Assembly: GCF_009914755.1 (NCBI RefSeq)
Contig: NC_060931.1
Source: the human T2T-CHM13v2.0 reference genome, Homo sapiens
DNA length: 64,000 nt
Reading direction: 5' to 3' (one strand)
Position 1 is the stretch's first letter; each line of letters begins with the position of its first letter. Under the pieces are notes generated by a model that ran no database searches, had not been told where the DNA came from, and saw only the letters and a program-made list of their open reading frames with translations. Shown one piece after another: positions 1 to 19,171 of the stretch. A program made the translations under genes and the position numbers.

Positions 1-619
1 AAACAAAGTCCATTTTCACAACTGTTCATTTAACAATGAGAACGATTATCAGACAAAGACAAGAGAAGAATCAAAGCACAGGAGATGTGAAATTGGAGGT
101 GCAAACCCCCAAAACATCTTCAACAAATATTCGAGCCTGCCTGTGAGGAACTTAAAGTCTCCTTGTAGGGACAGTTGTGTCATTAAGCAGAGATAGAAGT
201 GGCAGGGTCCACAGAGAAGGGGGCACCTCCAGAATGGGCGGTGTCAGAGAAGGCTTTCCATCCTAGCTGAAAGCAATCAGATTTAGCAGGTAAATAGGGG
301 TTTGGGGAGAGTGTTCGTGCCAGATTAAACAGCATGTGGCCTAGGAGATTGGAGACCAGGGGATATCAGTTAGCATGGCAGAGTTTGCAGAGTGACTCAG
401 TTCAGAAGATGTGTAATTATGTATTAAATGCCTGTCTTTCTCATTAGGCAGCAAATGCTATAGGGGCAGGAACCATGGCCCTCTGGTTCACTTATGAATC
501 CCCAGTCCCCGGCAATTACCTACTGCTGAATAACAACATCAATAATAGTAATAGCTAACATTGATCGATCACTGAGTACTGGCTGTTTCATAATATTGCT
601 GCTAGAAAGTGCTCAATAC

Positions 620-707
620 GCTTGCAGTGAGCCGAGATTGCGCCACTGCACTCCAGCCTGGGTGACAGAACGAGACTCTGTCTCAAAAAAAAGAAAAAAA
701 AAAAGAA
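620..707 (+). mobile_element. 5'-truncated Alu (3' ~65 nt plus A-tail, AluY-like)
   Basis: GCTTGCAGTGAGCCGAGATTGCGCCACTGCACTCCAGCCTGGG plus poly-A; TSD AGAAA(G/A)TGCTCAATAC at 604-619 and 708-723. Confidence 0.9.
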
Positions 708-961
708 AGAAAATGCTCAATACATATTTATGAGATGAATATTTGATGCATATATTTATTCATTTGTATTAGAATTGATTTCTATTTATTCACTCATTCC
801 AAAGATTGAATAGCAACAGTGGTGAGGCAATGTTGGGGTGTACTGAGGTTCACCCGGGAGGTCAGGGACAGCAGAGGAAATTGGGCTCTAGCTAGAGGCG
901 ATAGGGGAGGGGCACTGCGGGGCTTCAGTAAGAGATTTGATATACTTTGGTGTTCATTTTA

Positions 962-1280
<319 letters not shown>

Positions 1281-1796
1281 ATTCACTCTGGCTGCTAGAC
1301 AATGGATTGGAGCAGGATGAGAGAGGATCCTGGGACACCAAGACACCAGGACACCTTGGAAGATCACAAAAAATGGTGGAGATACAGAAATAAGCAAATA
1401 CTAACCCAGCTCACTATTTTTTAAGAAGACGGTGGTGAATGTCACAAGCCCTAGATCAAAATAGGATTAGTGTCCGCCGAATCAAAACAGCTGACATTGA
1501 TTGAAAGCTTGCATTATTTCCAGGGCTTTACACAAATCACCTGATTCAATCCTCAAAACAAACCTACAGATAGATACAATTATTGTACCACAGTCACTCA
1601 GCTAATTATTATACTACAGTCACCCAGCTAATACCCACATTTTAACTCAAGCTATCTGCTTACACTGGCCACCAGTTACCGCTTCTCCTTCTTGAACAAA
1701 GCTCATTATTTTATAAATCTGCAGCAGTCTATGAACAAGGTTCAAAGACAAGGAGAAATTGCATCTGGAGGATGAAAAGGACTAAAACGAGCGGAC

Positions 1797-1978
1797 GGGG
1801 CTGGCTCCACATCCCTGCAACCTATGCAGTCGCTTGGGGCCCTGAGCCGGGAAGGGCCTGGAATTTGATTAGTCGGTTTAATGCTCTGCCATTGGTGTCC
1901 GGAGATTCTTAATAATTTTTGAACACAGGATCCTGATTTTTATTTTGCACCAGGTTCCGCGCATTATGTAGCCAGAAG
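1797..1978. mobile_element. MER91-like hAT DNA transposon
   Basis: TTCTTAATAATTTTTGAAC...TTTTATTTTGCAC...ATTATGTAGCC resembles recalled MER91 consensus. Confidence 0.7.
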
Positions 1979-2467
1979 AAGCTGCATGTAGCAAATTCTG
2001 ATCCGCACAGAGAACATTTTATTCTTTGACATGGAGCTGAATTTCCTTCTGACGCAACGTTCCCCTTCAGTGCATATATTCGTAGAAAGACCGGACAACC
2101 ACACAGGGAGACGGTGTAGAAATAATTTACTCTTCAAGCAGAGGGTTAGACCAGGCCATCTCCTAAAACCATCTACATCATGCAGAGGAATGATAGCGCC
2201 GCAGATTATAGCAAATTGCCTCCAGTGACAGTTTCTTTATGGATATGGATTTTAACCAGGGGTGCAGATGAGAACCGCTTGGTTTAGAGAGGATGTTTTT
2301 CAAGATAAATATACCCAGGCCCTACTCAAAACATATTGAATCAAAAGCTTCAAGGGCATGATGGGGGTATGGGCCTTTGGAAACTCTCACTTGTTTTTTT
2401 TAAAGGTGTCCCTGATTAAGGATGACTCCTAAAACAGAGGCTGTCCCTGGTTTCTAACCATCAGACA

Positions 2468-3050
2468 TTTTTTTCTTTTTTCTTTTTCTTTTTTTTCTTT
2501 TTAAGGGACAGGGTCCCACTCTGTCACCCAGGCTGGAGTACAGTGGCACAATCTAGGCTCACTGCAGCCTCCAACTCCTGGGCTCGAGTGATCCTCCTGA
2601 CTCAGCCTCCTGGGTAGCTGGGATGGCAGGAGCATGCCACCACACCCAGCTAATTTTTAAATTTTTTATAGAGACAGAGTCTCACTACACTGCCCAGGCT
2701 GGTCTTGAACCCCTTGCCTCCAGTAATTCTCCTGCCTTGGCCTACCAAAGTGCTGGAACTGTAGGCATGAGACAGGGTCTGGCTCTGTTGTGCAGACTGA
2801 AGTGCAGTGGCACAATCTCAGCTCACTACAGCCTCTGTCTCCTGGGCTCAAGCCATCCTCCCACCTGTGCCTCTCAAGTCGCTGGAACTGCAGGCACATG
2901 CTACCACACCAGGCTAATTTTTGTATTTTTTGTAGACATGGGGTTTTGCCATGTTGTCCAGGCTGATCTCAAACTCATGAGTTCAAGTGATCTGGGCACC
3001 TTGGCCTCCCAAAGTGCTGGAATTACAGGCATGAGCTACTGCACCTGGCC
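2468..3050 (-). mobile_element. Two fused AluJ elements (junction ~2768)
   Basis: Four monomers; junction GGCA-TGAG-ACAGGG has no A-tail; CAGACATTT on both outer sides. Confidence 0.9.
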
Positions 3051-3132
3051 CAGACATTTCTTAAAAGGAACACATTTGCTAAATATAAAGCCTGTTCTGT
3101 ACTGGAACAAAAGCTAAGTTGCAGCTAGCTGA

Positions 3133-3433
<301 letters not shown>

Positions 3434-4534
3434 CAGACATTTCTTAAAAGGAACACAGAACTTTGCTAAATGTAAAGGCTGTTCTGGAACAAAAGCTAAG
3501 TTGCAGCTGATCCATTTTTAGATCTTTCATCCCGCCATAAAGTTTCAACTATGCTTACTCTGCCCTACCTCTAACATGTCAAATATCCAAAAACCCATAC
3601 TACTCAACAAAACATAAAATGATTCAGAAACTTCAAAGGAAGACAGACCCAAAGACAGATTGTATTTGACCAACACCTCCCTTGCCAGAGAAAGGTCAGA
3701 TGAACCTCCTGTCTTAGAATTCTGTAGACCTTTCTCTTTTTTTTTCAATTTTATTGATTATAATAACATTCGCCTGCAAAGGATTAACAGAATCATGTTG
3801 CACAGATTAACAGAATCCTGTAAGGCCTCTAGAGACATCGTAAATCTACAGAGAACTGAGTAAAGTAAAACTACAAAGTACGTGGGGGGTCAAGGTTAGC
3901 TAGCTTAGTGACCCCAAACTGCATCATCTCAACGAACTCCCTGTGTCCCCACGCTGCCCCATATAAGCAGCCACCTGAGTTCCAAAGTCCTGTCTTCCAG
4001 AAAAATGCAAACAATGTTTGAACATGAAGGGCCACCTGCTGTGTTTTTTAAAATGTGACTTAAAACAATACCGTTCCAAATTGCACGAATCATCTCTAAA
4101 TTTAGAAGTAGGCTCCTAATACTCACTGCCTGCTCTGAGTTGTATATAATGTTTTCCAGCACTCATGGCAGAATCGTTGCCAAGAACTTCTTAACTCAGT
4201 GCCTCACACTCCCTGAGAGGTGAACACGGAACTGCTTGCTGCACTTGGCAAGAAAACGGAGGCTCTCTCTGTCTGTGTGCAGCAAGACGTCGGGATGGTT
4301 TAGTCAATTCTGCGCAAAAATTAAAAGTCCCGCTCTTGTCATTTGGAACAATGGTTTTCAAAGTGGGGGGTTAACATCATATTCACTCCTGGATCCCCAC
4401 TCTCTCTCCCTGCCCACTTTTCATTTCCCACCCCCACCAGCCACCTCCACCCTAAGTCCCAGAATTTCTTGGCTATAAACTTAAAATAAAATCCTAACCC
4501 CTCCGCTGCCGCCACCACCAACCAACCGAACTGA

Positions 4535-4923
<389 letters not shown>

Positions 4924-5644
4924 TCATAACACCCCTGCCCTTTTGCAACAATTGACCAGCATTAATGTTAAAATAGAGACCACAAGACTGGCAGAACAAA
5001 CTCTTTGTGTCAACAAGATACTAAATTATCGACAGGACCCACAGCCATGCCAGGCAAGGGTTAAGTCACACACCCTCATACTTGAAGAATAAACTATGTT
5101 CTAACTGACACAGGGTTTTTCTTTTTCTCTAGCTCTGGCCTCCAGATAAGCAATATTAAAACAATCACAACTCATCCAGCTCACAGGCCGTGTCTAACTG
5201 ACCCCCGTTCCATCAGCCATAGCTACAGCTTTGATTGGACAAGAGACTGATTTAACTTTCTCCTGATAAGAGATCACCCACAATGGACTAATTCTGGCCG
5301 GTGGACAGAGATTGTGTACTTGCATGCCTCAATGTCCTGAAAAGACCTTTTGATGCACAGGACCTAACTGTAACACATTTAAATGTGAAGTCTCCACCAC
5401 AAAGTGAACGTGGGCTGTGTATTACATGGATGTTTGTTCAATACGCATTGTCAGGACCACCTTCATGAATATCCATAGCTGTAACCTGTTGAATATATTT
5501 GTTTAGCCAACCTATCCAGTATAAAGCCCCTACCCCAACCCTCCTCTTTCCAAATGCCTGTCTCTGGTCTTGGCTGGCAGCTGTGCTTCCCAGCCTGTGG
5601 GATGGCCACCGTGCAAGCTATGACTCTTTATATAATAAATAGAG

Positions 5645-5939
<295 letters not shown>

Positions 5940-6113
5940 TCATTATCTTTCTTTCTCAATTTATAACTTTTTTTTATGTTAATGTATCAACTGCCTCAGA
6001 GAGAGAATGCAGTTTATAAAGTCTCATAAATGATTCTGGTATGTCTACCTCCTGATGACCAATGGCGTCAGCCAATTTCTCCCTTTTCATCTGCTTTTCA
6101 TCTAGATATAATT

Positions 6114-6172
6114 TCTCTCTCTCTCTCTCACCCACTCACCCACACCCACACATATACACACACACACACTCA
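6114..6172. repeat. (CT)n/(CA)n microsatellite
   Basis: Dinucleotide runs. Confidence 0.85.
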
Positions 6173-6659
6173 CAGCCATGCATGTTAACTCATTCATCAA
6201 AGAGGATTTTCTTTTTCTTTTTTTATTTTTGGCAGTTTAATCTATTTTATCCCATACCTCAACAAAAAATCTCGGGTGATTAAAATCTTTGCATTTCAAG
6301 GGTTTGCTCTGGTGCTGCATGAATGTGGCGGACATCTTATGGGATTAAGCTAGTGAGCCCTATCAGGATAGTGGTTTCACTTGACTTGTTGTACAACCCA
6401 GCTGGGTCTCTCAGGGACCAAAGGGGTCATCCCCACTGTAACTTCTATCCTTAGCACCTTCCCCAAGCAGAGAATCAAACTATAAAGCTGCAACCCCTCA
6501 CCAGGGTTATTGCATCCCTCGAATCCCATTTCTCCCCAAATACATACCTTGACCTGAAGATGACTGGAAAGAATATAGCTCATCCACATTTAAAAAAAAA
6601 AAAAACCCTGCAGAAATGATGGGCTCCGTTATAGAGGGTTGTTACAGTGTTTTCATTTT

Positions 6660-6800
6660 TTCTTCTTCTTTCTTTCCTTTTTTTTTTTTTTTTTTTTTTT
6701 TGAATGAGATGTGGCTGTATCTGTTCAGGCTGGTCTCAAACTCCTGGCCTCAAGCGATCCTCCCACCTCAGCCTCCAGAGCAGCTGGGATTACAAGCACA
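6660..6800 (-). mobile_element. Alu monomer (FLAM/AluJ fragment)
   Basis: Poly-T followed by one monomer. Confidence 0.8.
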
Positions 6801-6854
6801 AGCCTCTATACTTAGTCTGTATTTTCAAGATATTTGTCAAAAACCCACTTAATG

Positions 6855-7182
<328 letters not shown>

Positions 7183-7525
7183 ACCACTTACTGCCATTTT
7201 AATTCTTCGTAGAGAGAAACATTCACCAAATCAAATGACAGAGTATTGCAATTCCCGAACGGGTGGAATGGTTATTCTTCTAACACATGGTTGGTGACAT
7301 GAAGAATACAATCCAACATGCTATCCCCTCATTCTCTCCATGTCAGGCACAGCCAAATCTCCAGCCTTTGGAGCCCTACTATCCCCACCTCAGAGGCTGA
7401 GTGTTCATCACTGGCAGACCCCACTACATCCCAGATTCTAGAAGAAAACTCGACCTGAGGCACAGGGATTCAAGCGATTATAGTTCAACACTGCACTGTC
7501 TCTGATCTTCTGTGTAACCTAACAG

Positions 7526-8424
<899 letters not shown>

Positions 8425-9142
8425 ATAAACAACCTCAATTTTTGACCAATTGCTGCCTAAAGTACCCTAATATGCCTATTGCCACATTGTGCATTAATTT
8501 ATATTCTATTAGTGTAACTGGAATTTCTTCCTGTGACTGCTAATGGATCTAGTTCTATCCAGCGTCAGCCTTAACTGATAAAAAAACTTAAGTCTAAAGT
8601 TTGGGTCAGTGGATGGTCCCTGTCTAGAGCAAGGTTAAGGCTAATGCAGTCAATAAGTTCCCTAAGACCTAGGCTAGAGAAGGGAGCTTCTTACAGAAAA
8701 TTGCCAAGGCGGAGGTTAAAAGAAATCAGAGAAATGGACAGAAATAAGCATGGAATCTTAGCTAAGGGAGCTAGAAAGGGCCCCCCAAAATACATGGGGC
8801 TGTAAGAAGGATCTGAGAGCCAGAGTCTGTTGCCATGGAGATGGGCACAAAAGTAACAGGTTGAGAGTGTGCCACAGGACATTGCTGTCCACATATGCCC
8901 CGCCCCTATGCCAGTAGCCTCTGCGGGAAGAGCTCACCTAAAGAGGGCCAAAGACAAAACCAAGCATCTCTTTGAATCTAACCATCCACTGCAGTTGGTG
9001 AGACTGCCCTACCCAAGCATGTCATGACCCTCTGCCTCTTTCTACTTTCCAAGACACACACGCACACACACGTATGTGCACACCTGCACACATATATGCA
9101 GGGGACAATACTGCTGTCCCCACTACTTTTCTGTTGGAGAGA

Positions 9143-9780
9143 ACAGTGCTATCTAACAGAAGTCAATGAGAACCACATGTGTAATTCTTTTCTGAGACAG
9201 GGTCTTACTCTGTCACTCAGGCTGGAGTGCAGTGATGCCATTATAGCTCTCTGTAGCCTTGACCTCCTGAACTCAAAGAGTCGCCCTGCCTCAGCCTCCC
9301 AAGTAGCTGGGACTACAGGTGTGCAACACCACACCTGGCTAATTTTATATTTTTAAAGACTGGGTCTCCCGATGTTGCCCAGGCTGGTGGTTTCAAACTC
9401 CTGACCTCAAGCAATCCTCCTCCCTCGGCCTCCCAAATTGCTGGGATTACAGGCATGAGCCACCACACCCAGCCTATAATTTTCAACTTTCTAATAGCCA
9501 CATTTAAAAAAAATTAAAGAAACAGGTGAAATTAATTTTACTAATATATTTTATTTAGCCCAATATATCCAAAACACATTTTAGTATGTAATCAATATAA
9601 AAATTACTAAGATAATTTATGCCTATGTCCGTTATATTCATCCAACATTGCTTCTTTTATATTAAGTCTTCAAAATCTAGTAGGTGTTTTACGTTTACAG
9701 CACATCTCAATTAAGACAAGGCACATTTTATAGGCTCAATAGCCACATGTGGCTAGCAGCTCCCATACTAAGACAGCGCT
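9143..9780. mobile_element. MER33-like DNA transposon interrupted by AluJ
   Basis: TAGCCACATTTAAAAAA...GGTGAAATTAATTTT and GCTCAATAGCCACATGTGGCTAG. Confidence 0.75.
9186..9474 (-). mobile_element. AluJ
   Basis: GAGACAGGGTCTTACTCTG dimer. Confidence 0.9.
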
Positions 9781-10560
9781 ACCTCTGTCCCCATTACCTC
9801 TGTTGGAGCCATTAAGTGTCGTGGTTCACAAGCTGTGTACCTGCACTCTTCACCAAGCAAACCTGCAAGAAAATCCTTCCACTCTTCTGCAAACAATGCT
9901 CCGGTATTTCCCAAATCCTCGCGCCCATCATCAGGAAGTGCCGCGCAGCCACTCAGCACTGTTTAACATATTGCTCTGGGGCTCCTGTTCACATTCATCT
10001 TGAGGCAATCAGCATAACCATTATTGCAAATCTGTTCCCTGATGCTTGTCCTTCAGTCATTAACCTTACCAATGTCAACGATGAGCTGAACTCTGAACCT
10101 GAATTAACACACAAGGCAGGCTGCGCAGAGAGCAGAACGTTCAGGCCATCCTAACTTGTCCTGGGCACCCGTGGTCTGAACTGGAGTGTCCCCACCAGCA
10201 ACGAGGGCTTGGGGAAGATTCTGTATAGGAAAACAGAAAGACGAAAGGACCTAGCTCTTTATGTAGCAGTTATGCTAACTTGATGCCGATATAGCCAGAT
10301 GGAAACTAAAGCTTCCTAAGATAATGTGGTCAATGGGGAGTACAGTTCATTTAAAAATTAACTAAACTAGATAAAACAGTAGAGTCAAGTAGAATCAAGG
10401 AAAAGTGGGTATCAAAAGTTGACCACTGTCAGAAAATTGAGCGGCAAATGAAATAGCCACTCAATGGATGGGAGCAATCATTATACACTGGGCTGGGCTC
10501 GTGTTGGAGCTCTAACTCTCTAAAGAAGCACAAGAGTCAGTTTTAGTGTTTCAATTTTTT

Positions 10561-10890
10561 AGATACGGAAACCAGGTTCAGAGAAGTTAAGCAACCTACC
10601 CTGGATTGTACAGTGAGTAAATGGCCAGATGTGGAAAATAGGTTCAGGGAAGTCAAGCAATCTGCCCTGGATTGCACAGTTAATAAATGGTCAGATTTGG
10701 AAGCTGGGTTCAGAGAAGTCAAGCTACCTGCCCTCAGTTGAACAGTTAATAAATGGGCAGATGTGGAAACCAAGTTCAGAGAAGTCAAGCAACCCACCTT
10801 TGATTGCACAGTGAGTAAATGGCCAGATGTGGAAAGTCGGTTCAGAAAAGTCAAGCAACCTATTCTGGAACACACAATCAATAAATGACC
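10561..10890 (-). repeat. 5 x 66-bp tandem repeat derived from the MIR CORE
   Basis: Units start at 10561, 10627, 10693, 10759 and 10825; resemble antisense MIR AGATGAGGAAACTGAGGCTCAGAGAGGTTAAG...GTAAGTGGC. Confidence 0.92.
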
Positions 10891-10922
10891 AAACTGAGTT
10901 TAGGACCCATGACTTCAGTGGT

Positions 10923-11610
<688 letters not shown>

Positions 11611-12118
11611 ATGGTAGACAGAAAAATGACCCTCAAAGATGTTCATATCTTAGTCCCCAGAACCGGTGAATATATTGCATTACATAGCAAAAGGGAATTA
11701 GGGTAGCAGTTGAAATTAAGGTTGCTAATCAACTGACCTTGAAATGCACCATTATTCTGGATCACCCTGGACGGTGCTGTGTGATCACAAGGGTCCTTTA
11801 ATGTGGAAGAAAAAGGCAGAAATGTCATTGTCAGAGTGATGTGAGGTGAAACCCAACTGGCCATAGCTGGTATTGAAGACACAAAGAAGCCATGAACCAA
11901 GAGTGTGTGCAGCCTCACCGAAGTTGGAAAAAGCTAGAAAATAGATTCTTCCCTTGAATCTCAAGAAAAGCAACACAGCGCTGTCAACACCTTGATTTTA
12001 GCCTAGTGACATTCATGTCAGACTTTTGACCTCTAGAATAATAAGGTAATAGATTTGTGCTGTTTACAGCTATTGAGTTTGTGCTTATTTGTTACAGCAG
12101 CAATCGGGAACTAATACA
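11611..12118 (+). mobile_element. MaLR LTR (MLT1D-like)
   Basis: GAAATTAAGGTTGCTAATCAACTGACCTTG; ends GGAACTAATACA. Confidence 0.8.
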
Positions 12119-12164
12119 ACTACCTAAGTCCAAGTTCTTGTTCTGTTTGTTAAGATCACTGTTG

Positions 12165-12849
<685 letters not shown>

Positions 12850-13083
12850 AGCACAGCACAGATTTATTAGCTCCCAGTTTTTTAGGTCAGAGGTCTGGGC
12901 ACAGCCTGCATGGGCTCAGGGTCTTTCAAGGTGTCAGCCAGACTGGGCTCCTTTCTGGAAGCTCTCAAGAAGAATCTACTTTCAAGCTCATTCAACTTGT
13001 TGATTGAATTCAGTTCCTTGCAGCTGTAGGACTAAAGTTCCCTTACTAGTCGTCAGCCAGGGAGAGGCCCCTCTCAGCTCTGA

Positions 13084-13447
<364 letters not shown>

Positions 13448-13464
13448 GCATTTCTTACCATGTG

Positions 13465-13762
13465 TTTTTTTTTTTTTTTTTTTTGGAGACAAAATCTCTC
13501 TGTCACCCAGGCTAGAGTGAAGTAGCATGAGCTCCACTCACTGCAACCTCTGTCTGTCGGGTTAAAGAAATTCTCTTGCCTCCCCTACTGAGAAGCTGGG
13601 ATTACAGACATGTACCACCACACCTGGCTAATTTTTGTATTTGTAATAGAGAAGGGGTTTCGCCATGTTGGCCAGGCTGGTCTCGAACGACTGACCTCAA
13701 GTGATCCTCCCTCCTGGATCTCCCAAAGTGCTGGGATTATAGGCATGAGCCACGGTGCCCAA
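13465..13762 (-). mobile_element. Alu (S-type)
   Basis: Dimer; flanking CCATGTGTT. Confidence 0.9.
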
Positions 13763-13861
13763 CTCCATGTGTTCTTCTCATCTTCAAAGTCAGCAGCAGA
13801 GAAGCTGCCTTGCATCAAATCCCTTGCACACATTGAATCTCTCTCACTTTAAGAAAGATTC

Positions 13862-13983
13862 TTGAGGATTCCTTGAGCCTGGAAAGTGAAAGTTGTAGTG
13901 AGCCGAGATTGTGCCATACCACTCCAGCCTGGGCTACAGAGCAAGATGCTGTCTTTAAAAAAAAAAAAAGAAAGAAAAGAAAA
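13862..13983 (+). mobile_element. Alu right-arm fragment
   Basis: GTGAGCCGAGATTGTGCC...CTCCAGCCTGGG plus A-tail. Confidence 0.85.
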
Positions 13984-14351
13984 GGCCAGATTCTTTAAAC
14001 GTTTAGCAGATTAGATGAGGCCCACGCAAGTAACCTCCTTTCTGATTAACTTAAAGTCAACGGATTAGGAATCTGAATTACATCTGCAAAATCCCTTTTG
14101 CCATGTGAAGTAACATAATCATGGCTGTGATATCCCAAAACACTCACAGGTCTCACTCTCACTTAAGAGGAGGAAATTAAGCATCAGGGGGCGGGGCGCT
14201 TGAGGGGTCATCTTAGAATTCGGCCTGCCAATTCGCAACTGATTCGGCCGGCCTTCTCTCCACTCTCACTTACCTTGTCAGTTCTGTTGCCTTTCTTAGG
14301 TAAACCACACCAATAAAAAAGACTTAAACAAACAAACAAAAGCTCAAATAG

Positions 14352-14768
<417 letters not shown>

Positions 14769-14875
14769 AGTAAGAGCTCACTTTTAGGGACTGGTCTAAA
14801 AAATATGCCTCCCTGTGAATCTATGAGGTGAGTATTATTACTAATCATATTTTACAGATTAAAGAAACCACACAG

Positions 14876-15248
<373 letters not shown>

Positions 15249-15273
15249 TCATTTGATTCATGAACCAAGCTCT

Positions 15274-15596
<323 letters not shown>

Positions 15597-15664
15597 CTAG
15601 AATTTCAGCTTCTAGCCAAGGCCACCTTCCAGGAAAAAGAGCACTAGAAGGTTCTCTCAAACAA

Positions 15665-16205
<541 letters not shown>

Positions 16206-16694
16206 GGTTTGAATTCACTGAGTATGGCAATTTCTCCAGTGTGGATATTTTTCCCTCTTCACAGAAACCAAAGAGTTCACACTGTGTTCTAACAAGTTCC
16301 GGGAATTGGAAGAGGCGACATACATAGTCATTTACCCAAATGCAATGATCAGAGATTCCTCCTCCCCCCTCCCCTCCACCCCCACATTTCCACCAAGAAA
16401 AGAACAAGATCTGGTCACCCACTCTTAGTAAAACCCAGCTGTGAGTGTCACCCCACATGCAACCTGCTATGAAAGCAAAAAGGAACGGGGATTTTTGCCA
16501 GCAAATAATGTTTGGGCCTCACCCACACACAAGAGGTGGGAGCACAAAAGGAAATGTGTTAGCAAACTCTTTCTCCGGAAGCCGCGGTGTTGTATCCTTC
16601 AGGATCCAGGTATATTTAATATATGTAGAACATATTTAGAGGTTAATCTTGCATTGTGCAGAGACAATCCTGGTGCTAGTGAACTTCTGCCCTG

Positions 16695-16920
16695 TTAACC
16701 TTCCCGCTGTTTGGGTCTGGGTTGGGGACCCTGAAGGCAGGTGCTATGTCTTGCTTTTTCTTTATCTTCCTCAGTGCCAGGGAGATGGATGTGCAGTAAA
16801 GATTTGTTGTTGGTAGGATGATATTTTTCTTGCAAACCCTTCAGGCTGCATTTTCTGTTTTTAGTGACTGTAATAATGCAAGTCTAGATACAACTACCCA
16901 CTTTGTTCTGCAGAGTTTTT
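16695..16920 (-). repeat. Right arm of local inverted duplication
   Basis: CTCAGTGCCAGGGAGATGG..CAGTAAAGATTTGTTGTTGGTAGGATG..TCTAGATACAACTACCCA matches the left arm in reverse. Confidence 0.9.
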
Positions 16921-17226
16921 GCTTGTTTGTTTGTTTTTTGAGACAGGGTGTCACTCTGTCACCCAGGCTGGAGTGCAGTGGTGTGATCTCAGCTCACCGC
17001 AACCTCTGCCTCACGGGCTCAAGCGATCCTCCCACCTCAGTAGCTGGAACTACAGGCACCTGTTACCACACCTGGCTAATTTATATATATTTTTTCTTTT
17101 TCTTTTTCTTTTTGCAGAGACGGGGTTTCATTGCCAGGCTGGTCTTCAACTCCTGGACTCAAGTGCTCTGCCCCCCTCAGCCTCCCAAAGTGCTGGGATT
17201 ACAGGCATGAGCCACCACACCTGGCT
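16916..17226 (-). mobile_element. AluJ
   Basis: TSD GTTCTGCAG(A/G)GTT. Confidence 0.9.
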
Positions 17227-17243
17227 GTTCTGCAGGGTTCCAA

Positions 17244-17722
17244 TGAAGCTGCTCTCACAGGGTTAACAAGAATTCTGGACAGAAATATGATTATAATTAA
17301 GCATTGATCACGCTGCTCTTTGACCCACTTTCTCATAACCCAGAGGTAGCTCAAGATACTATTTGCACCCTCATTGTTCCTATAGATAGGGTTTCTGACA
17401 TTAGATTCACGAGGCTTTTGTTAAAGAATTGCTTAAGCAGATCATGAATTCCAGCAGAAAATCTGATGCCAATATGTTTCTCCTTCTCCCTGTCCCATGA
17501 TCTCACCCTGTACTCTTCAACCAGTCCATGATCTCCATGCTTTGGAACACTCCAAAACTCTTAAAAACCCTAGCCCCAAAATCCTCAGGAAGACAGATTT
17601 GAGGCTTCTTCCTGTCTCTTCATTCAGCAGCCCTACAATTAAACCTCTTTCTCTGCTGCAACATCGTGTCTTGGCTTCTAGATCTGCCATGTGCATCAAG
17701 CAACAAAGCTAGTATGGTTACA
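17244..17722 (+). mobile_element. ERV1 solo LTR (family tentative, LTR45-like)
   Basis: TG...CA ends; CACAGGGTTAACAAGAATTCTGGACAGAAATAT; ATTAAA polyA signal. Confidence 0.65.
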
Positions 17723-17760
17723 TTAGAGCCACAGAGCCCAAGTCTCTCCTTTTCTGCTGA

Positions 17761-18145
<385 letters not shown>

Positions 18146-18829
18146 TGATGCTGCATTTCATAATAAGGGGATGGGGGCTCAAAGAAATCCATGGGCTCTT
18201 CCAGATAACTTTATCAAATGATGCATGCCCTCTGCCCCCATTATTTCCAATACCAATCTCTCCAATTTGGGAGTTTGACACGGAGATGTTTACAATGTGT
18301 AAAAGCTTCTAGATGATTCTGAGACACATTGCCAGCAACCTCCCCAACCCCCATCCCATGCACACACCTAAGCATACGCTTACCAGGTCAGTTATTCTAG
18401 AATCATGCCAAAGGTCATTAACAAAGAAGGACAGCATTGACACTTCCTTCCTGCCAAGGTCAAAGTGGAAATTAAATTTAGGAATCTGAGTCATATCCAT
18501 CTGCACAAAACAATTGGAAAGGGAACTGTTAAATTTGCATAGTCTTAAATTACTTTTGAAAACGAGCCTAGTTGGTCGCCAGCCTTCTGAATTCATTCAA
18601 TGGCTGTTCTTATAAATTTAGGTTTTGTCACTTTAATGGAATTGAACTTGTATTTAAAGACAGCTTATTTTTAAGAAGCACCTAAGAAGTTTCCAGATTT
18701 CTGTTAATATACAATGTAACTTTCCCACCCCTTCTCTGAATCCCAGACAGTTAACGTTTTTAAGATTTCTTGGATATAATGCATTAATCAAATTGGATAT
18801 GTTTGGCTCTCTGTTACTTGCCAGTGGCC

Positions 18830-19171
18830 GAGGCTGTTGGTTGCCTCCCAATATCCTTTCTTTCCTTATTTCTTCCTGTATACCTATGTGTTACCAGGGC
18901 TCATTGCATTATGTAGAATGCAGATGTGATAGTTGCAGCTTTAGCTGCCATATTGTAACATGAGGGAAAGGGTCACATAATCGAGATAACAGCAATTTGG
19001 GCTAGAAGGAGTCTGGAGCTTGATGGCTTGGAGAACCTGCCACTGCAGCCCTGAGCTACCATGTCTGGACTATCTTTACCTTGAACAAGAAAGGATATCC
19101 TAGTTTATTTACGCCACTGATACGTTGGGCTTTTCTGTCATATGCAACAAACTCTAATCTTAACTGATACA
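18830..19171 (+). mobile_element. Old MaLR LTR (MLT1J/K-like)
   Basis: GCTGCCATATTGTAACATGAG; ends AACTGATACA. Confidence 0.55.

Noticed and set aside
1578-1629. Small tandem duplications (26 bp here; also ~3782-3821, 45109-45156, ~48956-48990)
   Set aside because: Ordinary slippage events, individually unremarkable
10561-10890. 66-bp array as a CRISPR-like array or zinc-finger-like CDS
   Set aside because: No unique spacers, eukaryotic context, unit is MIR-derived, and no C2H2 spacing or splice support
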